Below are positions 36,101 to 45,528 of a DNA stretch of 64,000 bases, piece after piece. The number at the start of each line of letters is the position of its first letter. Positions within the stretch are counted from its first letter, which is position 1. The DNA is from a virus. Lineage: Duplodnaviria; Caudoviricetes. The notes beneath the pieces were generated by a model that was not told the origin of the DNA, did not search any database, and saw nothing but the letters and a program-made list of their open reading frames with translations. The DNA is taken from IMG/VR virus record IMGVR_UViG_3300033475_000012, positions 1 through 64,000 of that record; one strand, 5' to 3'. A program made the translations under genes and the position numbers.

Positions 36101-37898
36101 TGCTTGTTACGGTAGTGCCAGAAAATGTTCCAGTACTTTTTACTCTGGAATTGGCTATACCCAATACATACGTGCTTGTACTCCTATAATCTCCCGAACT
36201 AGGTACATTATGTCTACCAACGGATGCATTATACCTTCCGGCAGGAACCTGAAAGTCAAAAACACAGACAAAATATCCTCCGGCTATGAATACATTTTGA
36301 ACGAATGTAAGTACGTCGTTATTAGAAAAGTCCAACAATCCTGTTAGCTTGACTAAAGAATTGTCGGAATTTGCCTGATACCATGTTCCGTCTGCATAAT
36401 AAGGAGTACCCTTCAGATATACCCTCAAAGCATTCCTATCGGCAAAATCCAAGTTGAATGTCTTACTCTGGGAAATGTTTACCTGTGCCGATCCGCCTCC
36501 CCCAGGCCCAGCCTGAAGACCGCCAAATCGCATCTGAGTATCTGTTCCATTATAATATCCCACCTGAGATTCCCAGCTTTCCCTATCCCCATCACGACCT
36601 ATATACGCATACAACCTTATTTTTCTGGTAGGTATATTACACCCAGAATTAGGCTTTTCGGTAACCTGTAGACTGAAATTGGAGATCGCCTGACCGCTTA
36701 GGTTATCATAATCTCTCCGGTTATTGGCGAGCAACTGCGCATCTCCCAAATCACTAAGACCCACGCTCAATTGAGGAATGTCATTTTGAAGTCTCGCAGC
36801 ATCGGTTTGATCTATGATCTGACATACATTCGAATTATCGAATTTGTATTGAATGGTGTTTAAAACAGCATCATAGTTGTAATTTTCCCAAGGGTTCGTC
36901 CGTAGCCAATATTTAGTACCTATAACGGAAGATTCGCTCGTTTGGGATGATCCAAATTTATATATCGTATCGTAAAGATACCAGTCCGACCATTCCGTTA
37001 TCGTAGCAATAGAGTTGCTATTCAATGCCGACTTTCTTGTATAGATCATTATCTTCTCTACCAATGGAGAGCCAGCATAAAACGAAAACTGAGCGTTTTT
37101 GGGAAGATTGTCCGGGTTGCTTAGATAGTCTTCTGATTTAACTATCAACGGGAGGGAATAAGGGCTAAATACCGTAGTTCTCCCATCGGTCATCTGAAAT
37201 GCGTAGGCTACTTGTATACACTGATCAATAAGCCGGTTCACTTTATCGGTGTCAGCCGGAATGTTTGGCAGAGTAGCTACTATTGGTTTATACATAGGAG
37301 GTCGAACTGCCCACTCAATCAATTCCCTACGATCAAAGTGTGGTGGTTGTAAACGCCAATAAGGATAGGCATTAGCATTGAATCCATGTGTCTGTATCGA
37401 CGAATTAACAAGTATATATTTTTGCCAGCTATTACCATCGGTTAACACCAATATCTTTTCAACTACGTTTTTGTCGGCATCCAAAAATGTTCTAATAGAT
37501 ACCCGGTGAGATGCTATAAATCCATCCTGTTCATCGGTGAATTGAAGTTCTGGATCAATGATAACAGTATCTACCGTGAGAGATACCCCATATATTACAT
37601 ATATAACGTGGTTACCATTGCCATTATATATAAATACGTAAGTTTCATTAGTTGTTGGGCTAAAGAATGATCCTATGTTTTTATTGTACCCATCTGGAAG
37701 AGTTACTGGAAGTCCTTGGTTACTTCTTAATGGCGTTATAGAAAGTTGATTATTCCCTTCCCCAATGGCGGAGCCTATAAGGTTCTGGTTTTCGTCCCAA
37801 GTGACGTCTCGAATAAACGGGGAACTATTCGGTTTTAAATCCGAATAATTAGAATCCATATCCAAAAACAGAGGCTTTATGGAACCTACTTTCTGCAT
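33141..37898 (-). CDS. tail stabilisation/nozzle (muzzle-like) protein
   Basis: 1585 aa, beta-rich, after ring genes and before cargo genes as in Crassvirales-like podoviruses. Confidence 0.65.
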   Translation of the reverse strand: MQKVGSIKPLFLDMDSNYSDLKPNSSPFIRDVTWDENQNLIGSAIGEGNNQLSITPLRSNQGLPVTLPDGYNKNIGSFFSPTTNETYVFIYNGNGNHVIYVIYGVSLTVDTVIIDPELQFTDEQDGFIASHRVSIRTFLDADKNVVEKILVLTDGNSWQKYILVNSSIQTHGFNANAYPYWRLQPPHFDRRELIEWAVRPPMYKPIVATLPNIPADTDKVNRLIDQCIQVAYAFQMTDGRTTVFSPYSLPLIVKSEDYLSNPDNLPKNAQFSFYAGSPLVEKIMIYTRKSALNSNSIATITEWSDWYLYDTIYKFGSSQTSESSVIGTKYWLRTNPWENYNYDAVLNTIQYKFDNSNVCQIIDQTDAARLQNDIPQLSVGLSDLGDAQLLANNRRDYDNLSGQAISNFSLQVTEKPNSGCNIPTRKIRLYAYIGRDGDRESWESQVGYYNGTDTQMRFGGLQAGPGGGGSAQVNISQSKTFNLDFADRNALRVYLKGTPYYADGTWYQANSDNSLVKLTGLLDFSNNDVLTFVQNVFIAGGYFVCVFDFQVPAGRYNASVGRHNVPSSGDYRSTSTYVLGIANSRVKSTGTFSGTTVTSINPQKQGTIVTQSKEMEIDCTSGDVDVWGNGEDLFYVYCPFISAGSWRFIEGYFQESQGSPIGVEMFPYTMTQGFNVIGGFTDKNGFYFGSYRGPHADVSDIYFTIRLNCSYPVSFNIQTSQAGEGYRINGTAYLADHNNGVVGDCNRVLYTGKVTSLDGTINYSDISISIKDGATVVSGSDGTFTLIIHNGQSQPRVSNVYVNAGGNFLITLTGCGYLPLYHYDESNAPCVYCQVRNYPIPLNLLIQVQNYSQMSLKDGGAYSGGLLVADLAGRMSFVNVVGVATVTSFTERQDTAATFLQLLIDSTFDFRTINPDFKWACPVVSKNLREKSYLQWVGDSIIYIDNSGNVVTDVSSAVYCSITINSLYNYNLSRNFSTLANYQFTLGDRILFLDDGNGNLLTGNPIDLRILGQNYNQAAINSNLLPNNSTVPIVNNNLGTSASTSVTSGTVTTTISLATQQNNQSITLYVLYDPRLNKLINSTGFWIELYTPSLQSDTLIYREDGGFYPIVNGRICDFTGYSSNLPVYNYYTQLNLNFWDTYLYPRNITIPNVGDKFFSHPFESPNISDTFGSNITSGGRENVKNDNAKQIWYVDESIKSDDFISEGILNGIGTFRSTNRKVFKDFKSGGIVAVKALRNLVAFICENDYFITDYNYQYIYANAQGIQIANLDNNLGLPHQKIGDAFGCAYEDTGTILFHDKFVFWFDYKNEAFIQMGWGPSVDLVKEGFIKAYFSKKTQTLKNWNNSHSMPEKFDVMAGIDSDLDNIYITFRPRRNNSNNPLSYVNNQQNVNLAYQETIIYNLPSKRFVRFTGQTPESYGMLKGSQSGLELLSFAAGIPYIHNNTDNPMYCIFYGVQVTPCFHGVLNADKEFIKVLENISPNSVYDGYRVDAISSEESGSFSYIPWNYFKRKENMYYAPVLRNTASYPQPNTNDDKLYRSTLTDTAGKRVFGRYFICRFVPHEAGVYSELQSVEYLYTQSGTAKK

Positions 37899-39025
37899 TA
37901 GTAAAGATATCCGTCTCTGTACCGATCTTGCCGATGATCAATATAGGAAGGAACGTGTGTTTTTGGTGTAAGAATCTGAGCATTTTCGGCAATACGATAC
38001 ATATTCATATCCTTCAGTAATCCAAACTTCATTTGAGAATACCGGCTTCCATAAAACTTGGCTAAGTCTTGGTGCATATCATCGTATTGATTATCCCAAA
38101 ATTTCAGTCCCATAATGAAAGTAGGTACAGCAATAACGGGTATTTCAAGATGCTGCAAATCTACATCGTAGTAATACCTGACAATGACTTTATCGAATCC
38201 GAAGTGATGAGGGAAGATAAGCGTATCTCCTAGTTCATTGATATTGTATATTTGGTTACAATCCTTTTTAAAATGAGTGGAATGCCCGCATTGTACATTG
38301 AACCAATCTTGTTTTGAATTGCAGTGATATATCCATGTGTTTGATTGCGCGGTCGGGCCTTGTTGGGCGTCTCCACCGAATGGAATCCCAAGAATACCGG
38401 AAGCCTCACATACCCGATTCCAGTTTTCTTCACTATCACAAATGCATCCATTTTCGTCCGTTTCGCACTCGCACAGTTTCTTTTGTTCAGTCTGCAATAT
38501 AGTATCTGTCCAAACACCATTTGTAAAAACATGCAAAGGATATTGCCATTCCAAATATAAAAAACCGTTTCTATCTACGGCCTTTCGACTAATACAAGTA
38601 AAGGTTATTGGCGTTCCATTAGGTAGAGAATCCGTAACGATAGAAGTAATTGCTTCATAACCTTTAATAGTATTACATAATTGATACCCGCATCCATTCT
38701 CGCAAGCACAGTTTTTATCTGCTGGTATTTCAACAACATCGATATGCAATCGATCATTTCTGTAAACAGGCCATTCTACTCCATGATGATCCATTACGTT
38801 GACCGAACTTAGATACTGGAAGTCAAAAGGCATCTTAACGGTATTCGTCCGCTTATTGATCTTGAATTCTTCCCGTTTGACTTTTTTTACCGTTGACAGG
38901 TTCAAATCCAACCACACCTCTTTAGCCCAACGCAGCATTCTACCTTTAGCCCGTCTTCCGATATCTTTGTTGCCCAATAACGCAGAATCGATTACGTAGT
39001 CAATATGTTGAAATCTTGTACTCAT
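37898..39025 (-). CDS. tail ring/adaptor protein with Cys-rich insert
   Basis: Position; 'IPVIAVPTFIMGLKFW' adaptor-like C-terminus. Confidence 0.55.
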   Translation of the reverse strand: MSTRFQHIDYVIDSALLGNKDIGRRAKGRMLRWAKEVWLDLNLSTVKKVKREEFKINKRTNTVKMPFDFQYLSSVNVMDHHGVEWPVYRNDRLHIDVVEIPADKNCACENGCGYQLCNTIKGYEAITSIVTDSLPNGTPITFTCISRKAVDRNGFLYLEWQYPLHVFTNGVWTDTILQTEQKKLCECETDENGCICDSEENWNRVCEASGILGIPFGGDAQQGPTAQSNTWIYHCNSKQDWFNVQCGHSTHFKKDCNQIYNINELGDTLIFPHHFGFDKVIVRYYYDVDLQHLEIPVIAVPTFIMGLKFWDNQYDDMHQDLAKFYGSRYSQMKFGLLKDMNMYRIAENAQILTPKTHVPSYIDHRQDRYRDGYLY

Positions 39026-39711
39026 TGTGGTTGTGATTGAACGGATTCTTCAGCCATCCTTCTTCTTAAATCTGCGCCCGAAGTGGTCTGATAAGGGTTG
39101 TCGGACGGGGATGCCGTTCTAAATTGTTTTATTTTCAATTCCCATCCTAATATATTCCATGCTACCTCGAAGGCTATATCCATAGGAATATCGATCATGT
39201 CGTCTTTCCGGTCGAATGTAGTTTCTACGTCTAATTCTTCCACGCATTCAGGGATATGATATGTGTCTAAACCATTGGCCTTAACCTCGTAAAATTTGAA
39301 AAACTGGAAGTCTGGTCCAAGATAAAATTTAGATTCCCCTGGTTCCACTTGAACAATCTCCCAATTGGGGTCATCCGGCCCACAGCATGATCCAACAGGC
39401 CACAAACTTGTAAAGTTCTCATTTTTGGGCATCCTAAAAATATCAATGCCAGTCATATCCAAAAATCGCTTACCTCTTAAATCGGATTTTCCCAATTTAA
39501 ACCGCTGTATGGATAAAAGTCCGGAGTAGAAATAATACTCATTCCCAAGCCCCATTTTTTTGTTCTGGTAATAAAGATCACGGGCTCTACTTGTATATCC
39601 CAACCTAATCAATTGGCTAATATCTGCTACAGAATATGTTTTATCAGTAGCCCGGTTTCTACCCTGCTTCTCTACACTTAGAATTACCTGAGCTAGTTGC
39701 TTTATTATCAT
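39022..39711 (-). CDS. tail ring/adaptor protein
   Basis: 'MIDIPMDIAFEVAWNIL' adaptor-like C-terminus; synteny. Confidence 0.55.
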   Translation of the reverse strand: MIIKQLAQVILSVEKQGRNRATDKTYSVADISQLIRLGYTSRARDLYYQNKKMGLGNEYYFYSGLLSIQRFKLGKSDLRGKRFLDMTGIDIFRMPKNENFTSLWPVGSCCGPDDPNWEIVQVEPGESKFYLGPDFQFFKFYEVKANGLDTYHIPECVEELDVETTFDRKDDMIDIPMDIAFEVAWNILGWELKIKQFRTASPSDNPYQTTSGADLRRRMAEESVQSQPQ

Positions 39712-40067
39712 AACTTTTTAAATACCCAGTAATTTAAAGAAATAAGGGCCACACTATCCAATACCCACGCATATATTTCTATCCAATGGAACCCAAAAAC
39801 ATATAATACCAACGGCCAGAAAGTAAGTATAGAATATAACGAAGACATACATTTTACGCATGATCCCAAGGGCCTAAACCATACCTTATTTTTATTTCGT
39901 TCAAAAAACTCGGGACTAATTTTATACATTAAGTTTCCATCGCATATTCTCCCCTTATTCATGTCCTGTACACACTTTCCTTGAAACAATTCGTACATTC
40001 CGTTGATAAAAAGAGATTGAATAAACATGAATACCAATCCTCCCAAAAGATAAAATAATATTGTCAT
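39708..40067 (-). CDS. multi-TM membrane protein (DUF1360-like)
   Basis: Three hydrophobic segments; 'PLGSCVKCMSS' CxxC. Confidence 0.55.
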   Translation of the reverse strand: MTILFYLLGGLVFMFIQSLFINGMYELFQGKCVQDMNKGRICDGNLMYKISPEFFERNKNKVWFRPLGSCVKCMSSLYSILTFWPLVLYVFGFHWIEIYAWVLDSVALISLNYWVFKKL

Positions 40068-40804
40068 ACTATGTCAATTTGAGACAGTAAGTTACTCCAT
40101 TCTTTTATTTCTTGGTCACGAACATAGGCAGAATATAGGTGACAAAGACCTTTGAACAAACTTTTAAACGCGGAATTATTCCAATTGCCATCAACCGTAT
40201 TTTTAGGATCATAATTCCACGTGTCATCTGGATTTGGCAAATACGCCAATTGATATATTCCTTCCTGCTGCGTATAAAGGAAAAATATTTTCGGAATATC
40301 GAAAGGACACACCTTTAATGTTTTCTTTCCCGTAAAATAAGCAATCGGATATTCCCATGTTGGGTAATTATAGGTTGAATTTGTCCGGATAGAAAACTCT
40401 GCCTGACTTACTATTTCCAGAGGATTTACCCGGCAGGAAGACCGATTCATGGCTGCCTGAAATTGAATCTGGTTGTTTATTTCTGGTTGAGATTCGCAAG
40501 ACCCGTTATTTTTTGGATTGGCAAATACGTATGGCGAACCAAGTATGTTTCGATAGTCGTCCGGAAGAGTTACCAATCCATTATTTACCGGCTGCATGGC
40601 GTATCCCACATACGGATCAATAATATCCAGAACGAACGGTTTTTCTGGGTATAATTGTACACACCTATCCAGTAAAAATGATGTTACAATATTGTAATGC
40701 GTAGAAAAAATAGACGGCGGATAAAGAGCAGATTGCTCTTCATTAGCCACAGACAATACCGCCTGCAACATATTGTACATTCTGCTTTTGCTTGTATTCG
40801 CCAT
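40064..40804 (-). CDS. head-tail adaptor (ring) protein
   Basis: 246 aa; 'TLPDDYRNIL', 'YPTWEYPIAYF'; synteny. Confidence 0.55.
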   Translation of the reverse strand: MANTSKSRMYNMLQAVLSVANEEQSALYPPSIFSTHYNIVTSFLLDRCVQLYPEKPFVLDIIDPYVGYAMQPVNNGLVTLPDDYRNILGSPYVFANPKNNGSCESQPEINNQIQFQAAMNRSSCRVNPLEIVSQAEFSIRTNSTYNYPTWEYPIAYFTGKKTLKVCPFDIPKIFFLYTQQEGIYQLAYLPNPDDTWNYDPKNTVDGNWNNSAFKSLFKGLCHLYSAYVRDQEIKEWSNLLSQIDIV

Positions 40805-40813
40805 TATCTATTT

Positions 40814-43800
40814 TTATGATACGCTAATACTACCTCCACCCGAAGAATTCGACGATGTGTATATCCCGGTGAAAGAAACAGAACCAGGAACAGGCATTAC
40901 AAACTGCAAAGTATTCGACCCATTGCTGGCAATTACAGTCCCCTCTCCTGATACATTACATTCCATTGTATAAGTGCCTCCGGGAGGTCCAGAAGCGTTC
41001 ACTGTGACGGTCACAAGCATTCCAACAGGGGCAGATATAGTTCCACTTCCGTTTGGAACGGACGTGCTATAAGATGTAGTCCCGCTTATGCTTGGCGTAC
41101 AAGACAATCCGGTAGACGAACCGATAAGACCCGTTGATGAATTCAAGTTATAAATAACTCCGCTATAAACCACATAAGTACTTCCTGTTTGAGGATTTGT
41201 CAGGGCGCTGTCTGTATACAAAGTCAACCCTACTGAGAAGTTGCCATTAGTGTATAATGTCACACTAGAACCGCTGCATATGGTCGATGTGCTATTGCCA
41301 AGCACATAAGTTCCTGCCGTTCCTGTAGTACAATTGCTTCCGGTATTTGCACCAACAAGACCTGTGGAAGAATTAAGGTTATAGATAGCGCCAGATGCGG
41401 TAGCTACATAGGTAAATGTCGTTACAGGAGTGGTCAGACCCGCGTCCTGATATAATGTTACTCCGGTTCCAAAATTAGTGCTGGAATAGAGCGTTACAGG
41501 CGTCCTCGGACAGATATTGGCAATTACCGTATCCAGCCTATAGGAACCGCTTACTACAGGAGTAGCCGGGGTAGTTACCTGATTGACAAATTGATTGCCG
41601 CCACAGTTATTGGTAATGCCGATATCGTAAGTGGTTCCGGCTGTTAGACCGCCAATAACATAGGGAGAAGTGCCGGTTATAGTTCCATTTGGACCGATTG
41701 TCAGATTGCTGGTAGATGTTAGCCAAGCCGTCGTTCCAGTTGGTCGATATTGAACCGTAACCGTCTGAGACGAATTTGGTGTTGCCTGCCATGTAACTCC
41801 ATACACTCCAATAGTAGTTGTATTGACGGCGGACACATTGATTGCTGAAATCTCTGCGCAGCTTCCCGGAGTAGTACAATTAATGGCACACCAAGCAGTT
41901 TTTACAGAGGTATATTTACTAACTGCTGCAATTACAAGATTGGCGATCTGCAAGTCAGTTAATCCGGCACATGAACCTCCTAATGTTCCATACAATACAT
42001 CCGAATTACCAAAAGAACCGGCAGAATTAAGAGGGAATAACGCTTGTAGTTTAGCACATGTAACCCCTGTTATAGTATTGATCCTATTAGCCAGATTGCA
42101 GATAGAATTTACTGCCGCCACATTGAAATCGTTCTGCTTATTGGCTGCGGTTAAATTTGTTGTCTGAATATCCCCATTATAGTCAAAGTAGCATAACGCT
42201 AAATTATTTCCTATCCCAACTTGCGCGGCAGTGATCTGGCAGATATAATCCACCATAGCCTGCAAGAAAGCAATGACGCTTTTATTCGTCTTTTGGAAGA
42301 ATATAACAGTATTACCAGATGAGAGTGACAATGACATGCTTACCGGACCGAAAGTATTGGCGTTTGTAAGCACACTGAAATAAGACCCGTTTGAGCTATT
42401 ATCAAATGCCACCTCGTAGGAACCTACGGATAGTCCATTAAGCCATGCTTCTACACCCGTTATATTGCTCACCAACAATCCGGCAGGAGCATTGTAAGTT
42501 GTCGATCCTACAATGATATTGTTTATAGTCACATTTGCCCCCGGAACAAGAATGGAAAGGAAATAGTTTACTGAGCTTAGATCAATGATGCACTTACCAT
42601 CCAAATTAGTTAGGTCAATATTAACTGTAGCACTGATTAAAGCGTTTAGCTGGGCTGTAAGTGTTGGACTAGCACCAATAGCGGTTAAAATAGCCGAAGA
42701 AAGATTTGCATAATTGAACGTGATAATATATTTTACCGTATTGGCGGTTGCCGTGTTTACGGTTACGGAAAAAGTGTTATCTCCATTACCGTTTACAACT
42801 TGGTAAATACTTGAAGTAATGGCAAACGTCTTTGTATTTCCCACTACGGTTGGAGAAGGCACACTTGTTCCACCAGCGCCAGTAAGAACAATATTTGTTA
42901 CGGAAGGATTTAATGGGGTTGGCTCGTTTTGCCCCATTGCGTTAGGTCCGCAGTTGCAATTAAGTTGTTTTTTAATGGATTGATAAGCCCATTCCGAATC
43001 CATCCCATTCATCTCCTGACCTAATCCAAGGAAAAAAGGAAGTTCTACTTCATCCAATTGTTGCGCAGCCCTTTTCCCAAGTGCGTTGTCATAGTTTTTT
43101 ATCTTCATTCGATACAAATCTTCTATACAACAGAGTAGGTCAGAAACTTTGTTAGAACAAGTAATGTCGAACTGCTGATTCGTTACGTATGAAACTAAAA
43201 CATACGTGTCATCCTGAAGATTATAAGTGGCTATGCTTGTGCATGACAGCATATACCTGCCCGTGTAAACGACACTATTGATGAAAGGAGTAACGGAAAA
43301 TGAAACTGCTGGAATTGTACCAGTTGGATAATTTAAAGTCCCTGTTTTAAATATAGACTGAGGTGTAAGGTTATTATAGACAAATACAGTGAACTCCTTG
43401 ACCAAAATATCATTGTTCGTACAATCAGCCCTTAATTGAAACATCCCGCACACATACCCAGACTCCTGAAAATCATTAGGCTGACATATCTTTTTATAAA
43501 TGGGAGGTATGGTGTAAACGGTAGAATTTTGGTCTTGGATAGCAGCCGATATTTGGTAGGTCTGAAATAAAAAGGCATAATTAAGACTAGACAAATCAAT
43601 CGTATAGGATGTTGTAGTTCCCGGATTTGGTATTTGAGGCGAAGACCAATTTATGGAAGCGAGAATAACACCCTCCTGATCTATAACACTAAATGCCACT
43701 CCCAAAGTATTAGACAATCCGGTTCCGGTAGTAAATGGAGACAAAGAGAATATCATCCTCTTATTGGCTATATCCACTGTAACGGAATACCCGAATGTAT

Positions 43801-43834
43801 TTATGTTTGCTGAACCTATGGTTATCTGTGGCAC
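40814..43834 (-). CDS. large virion structural protein with FN3-like domain and duplicated C-terminal module
   Basis: GTG start; FN3-like 'VTWQ...TVQYRP...GLTAGTTYDIGIT'; two copies of 'TLY...TLY.D..LT.P...IYNLNSSTGL.G..TG..C'; no signal peptide. Confidence 0.65.
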   Translation of the reverse strand: MPQITIGSANINTFGYSVTVDIANKRMIFSLSPFTTGTGLSNTLGVAFSVIDQEGVILASINWSSPQIPNPGTTTSYTIDLSSLNYAFLFQTYQISAAIQDQNSTVYTIPPIYKKICQPNDFQESGYVCGMFQLRADCTNNDILVKEFTVFVYNNLTPQSIFKTGTLNYPTGTIPAVSFSVTPFINSVVYTGRYMLSCTSIATYNLQDDTYVLVSYVTNQQFDITCSNKVSDLLCCIEDLYRMKIKNYDNALGKRAAQQLDEVELPFFLGLGQEMNGMDSEWAYQSIKKQLNCNCGPNAMGQNEPTPLNPSVTNIVLTGAGGTSVPSPTVVGNTKTFAITSSIYQVVNGNGDNTFSVTVNTATANTVKYIITFNYANLSSAILTAIGASPTLTAQLNALISATVNIDLTNLDGKCIIDLSSVNYFLSILVPGANVTINNIIVGSTTYNAPAGLLVSNITGVEAWLNGLSVGSYEVAFDNSSNGSYFSVLTNANTFGPVSMSLSLSSGNTVIFFQKTNKSVIAFLQAMVDYICQITAAQVGIGNNLALCYFDYNGDIQTTNLTAANKQNDFNVAAVNSICNLANRINTITGVTCAKLQALFPLNSAGSFGNSDVLYGTLGGSCAGLTDLQIANLVIAAVSKYTSVKTAWCAINCTTPGSCAEISAINVSAVNTTTIGVYGVTWQATPNSSQTVTVQYRPTGTTAWLTSTSNLTIGPNGTITGTSPYVIGGLTAGTTYDIGITNNCGGNQFVNQVTTPATPVVSGSYRLDTVIANICPRTPVTLYSSTNFGTGVTLYQDAGLTTPVTTFTYVATASGAIYNLNSSTGLVGANTGSNCTTGTAGTYVLGNSTSTICSGSSVTLYTNGNFSVGLTLYTDSALTNPQTGSTYVVYSGVIYNLNSSTGLIGSSTGLSCTPSISGTTSYSTSVPNGSGTISAPVGMLVTVTVNASGPPGGTYTMECNVSGEGTVIASNGSNTLQFVMPVPGSVSFTGIYTSSNSSGGGSISVS

Positions 43835-43858
43835 TCTATGATATTTTATTAATTAACT

Positions 43859-43886
43859 AAAAAGCCACCTGCGAGAGATGGCTTTT
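43859..43886 (-). terminator. intrinsic terminator after head genes
   Basis: AAAAGCCA...TGGCTTTTT hairpin plus U-tract on minus strand. Confidence 0.7.
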
Positions 43887-43925
43887 GCCCCGCTTACGCA
43901 GGATATTGTTTTGCTACAAATTCCG

Positions 43926-44522
43926 TTAGCTTGCGCACGGCCCTGGATATACCACATCCGAAAGAAGAACAATCCCCATGAACTGGGCCAGCGTATAATA
44001 AGACTGAATTGTGTAGTGAGACAAGCCGCTGAAATTGGAACGCAGTTGTGCACTTCCAACAAAGAGGCCCGTGTAATCGAAAGCGAATGCATCATGCGCG
44101 CCGGCGGAACCGTCATCGAACCGGTAGATACAAAGGCTATTCAGAGCCAGAGGACTAAAGGCCGTGACATTACCTGCGTATTGATTTGCAATGATGGTCG
44201 GTACTGCACCGCAGCAAGCGTCGCAAGCCTGCTGGAAGGCCGATACACTTTGGTTAAGTACATCAATCATAGTATCCTGTCCGTCTACCTCGATCCACAT
44301 ACCCGGAACTATGTTCGGGTCAAGCAATTCGTCCGAAGTAGGATTAAACGTAGGTTCGTACAGGATAATGGTTCCGTCACCGGGAGCCAATGTCCGCTTC
44401 AACCAAACTGCCCGTGGCGAATACGAACGCAGCCTTTCGCAGTTAATGGAAATGGTGACTCCCTGATCCCCTACATATTGGGCGGTAGTACCATTATAGA
44501 TGACATACGCATTTACGAGCAT
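43926..44522 (-). CDS. probable capsid decoration/auxiliary head protein
   Basis: 198 aa in highly expressed head block, before the terminator. Confidence 0.5.
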   Translation of the reverse strand: MLVNAYVIYNGTTAQYVGDQGVTISINCERLRSYSPRAVWLKRTLAPGDGTIILYEPTFNPTSDELLDPNIVPGMWIEVDGQDTMIDVLNQSVSAFQQACDACCGAVPTIIANQYAGNVTAFSPLALNSLCIYRFDDGSAGAHDAFAFDYTGLFVGSAQLRSNFSGLSHYTIQSYYTLAQFMGIVLLSDVVYPGPCAS

Positions 44523-44528
44523 GGTTTA

Positions 44529-45518
44529 CTATTTTAATTTGTCGGTGATTTGTTTGAGTTGATGAGCGGCCCGATATGCAACGGGATGAACAGGATGATC
44601 ATACACCCATTGTACCATTGAATCTCCCTTCGCTTCGATACCCTCAGCAAGGATAGTCTTTTTATCTTTACCGGCTACCAGAACTCCGTCTTTAGTTGTG
44701 TCCAAAAGTCCGTATGCCTTGGCCTTGGCGAAGGTATCAGACACCTCCTGCTTATGGCCTTTTACCTTGTTCATGAACTCGGTTGGAACCGAATCGGCCA
44801 GGCCCATCAAAGCATCAAAAAGAAGGTCGTCGTGAATTTCAGCATTATGGGTAAGACCCTGAACTATGCCATAAAGGTTACGGAGAGAATCACGGTTAGA
44901 AGCCGCATTCTTTACCAACAGGATACATTCGCCTTTGTCCTCGATAGCCTTGGAAACCATTTTCAATTCCTGGCCTTCGTTTTTCTCCTTGTACATATAG
45001 GAGATATGGCTAGGACTTTTGGAAATGCTGTCCTGATTATAGGCGTGGTTCTTGATGAACAAAGTTTTGTATTTGTCCTGCTGTTCGTCGAACTCGTTCT
45101 CGCCACTGAGCAATTCCAAGAAATATACTTCAGCGGAATTCGCGTCGTCGGGATTGATATTAGAATCGGCATTCAGAACAAGGTTCTGGTAAAGCAAATC
45201 CAAGGTTTCATACCCCTTAAGATACCGGGTCTGAATCAGCGTCCCCCGGGGATCTCCCCATTTAAGGAACTCGATCTCACCACGGTAAGCAGAATCCTTT
45301 ACATCTACCGGGTTGGAAGGAATCTTTCCATCGATCTTTCGTACGGCCCAGTTTTCGGAAAGATTAGGGATGCCGCATACACCCCGTCGATTGACTACCT
45401 TCCCGGACAGGATACCTTCTTGGTGGCGCGTTTGTCCGCTGCCCTTTTCAAGGAACCCTGTTTCAATATACGGCGGCCGGGGATCTCCTGCGATTACGGT
45501 ATATAGTTCTTTAGCCAT
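44529..45518 (-). CDS. conserved head-module protein following MCP
   Basis: 329 aa immediately downstream of MCP, as in crAss-like gene order. Confidence 0.6.
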   Translation of the reverse strand: MAKELYTVIAGDPRPPYIETGFLEKGSGQTRHQEGILSGKVVNRRGVCGIPNLSENWAVRKIDGKIPSNPVDVKDSAYRGEIEFLKWGDPRGTLIQTRYLKGYETLDLLYQNLVLNADSNINPDDANSAEVYFLELLSGENEFDEQQDKYKTLFIKNHAYNQDSISKSPSHISYMYKEKNEGQELKMVSKAIEDKGECILLVKNAASNRDSLRNLYGIVQGLTHNAEIHDDLLFDALMGLADSVPTEFMNKVKGHKQEVSDTFAKAKAYGLLDTTKDGVLVAGKDKKTILAEGIEAKGDSMVQWVYDHPVHPVAYRAAHQLKQITDKLK

Positions 45519-45528
45519 TGTTCAATTG

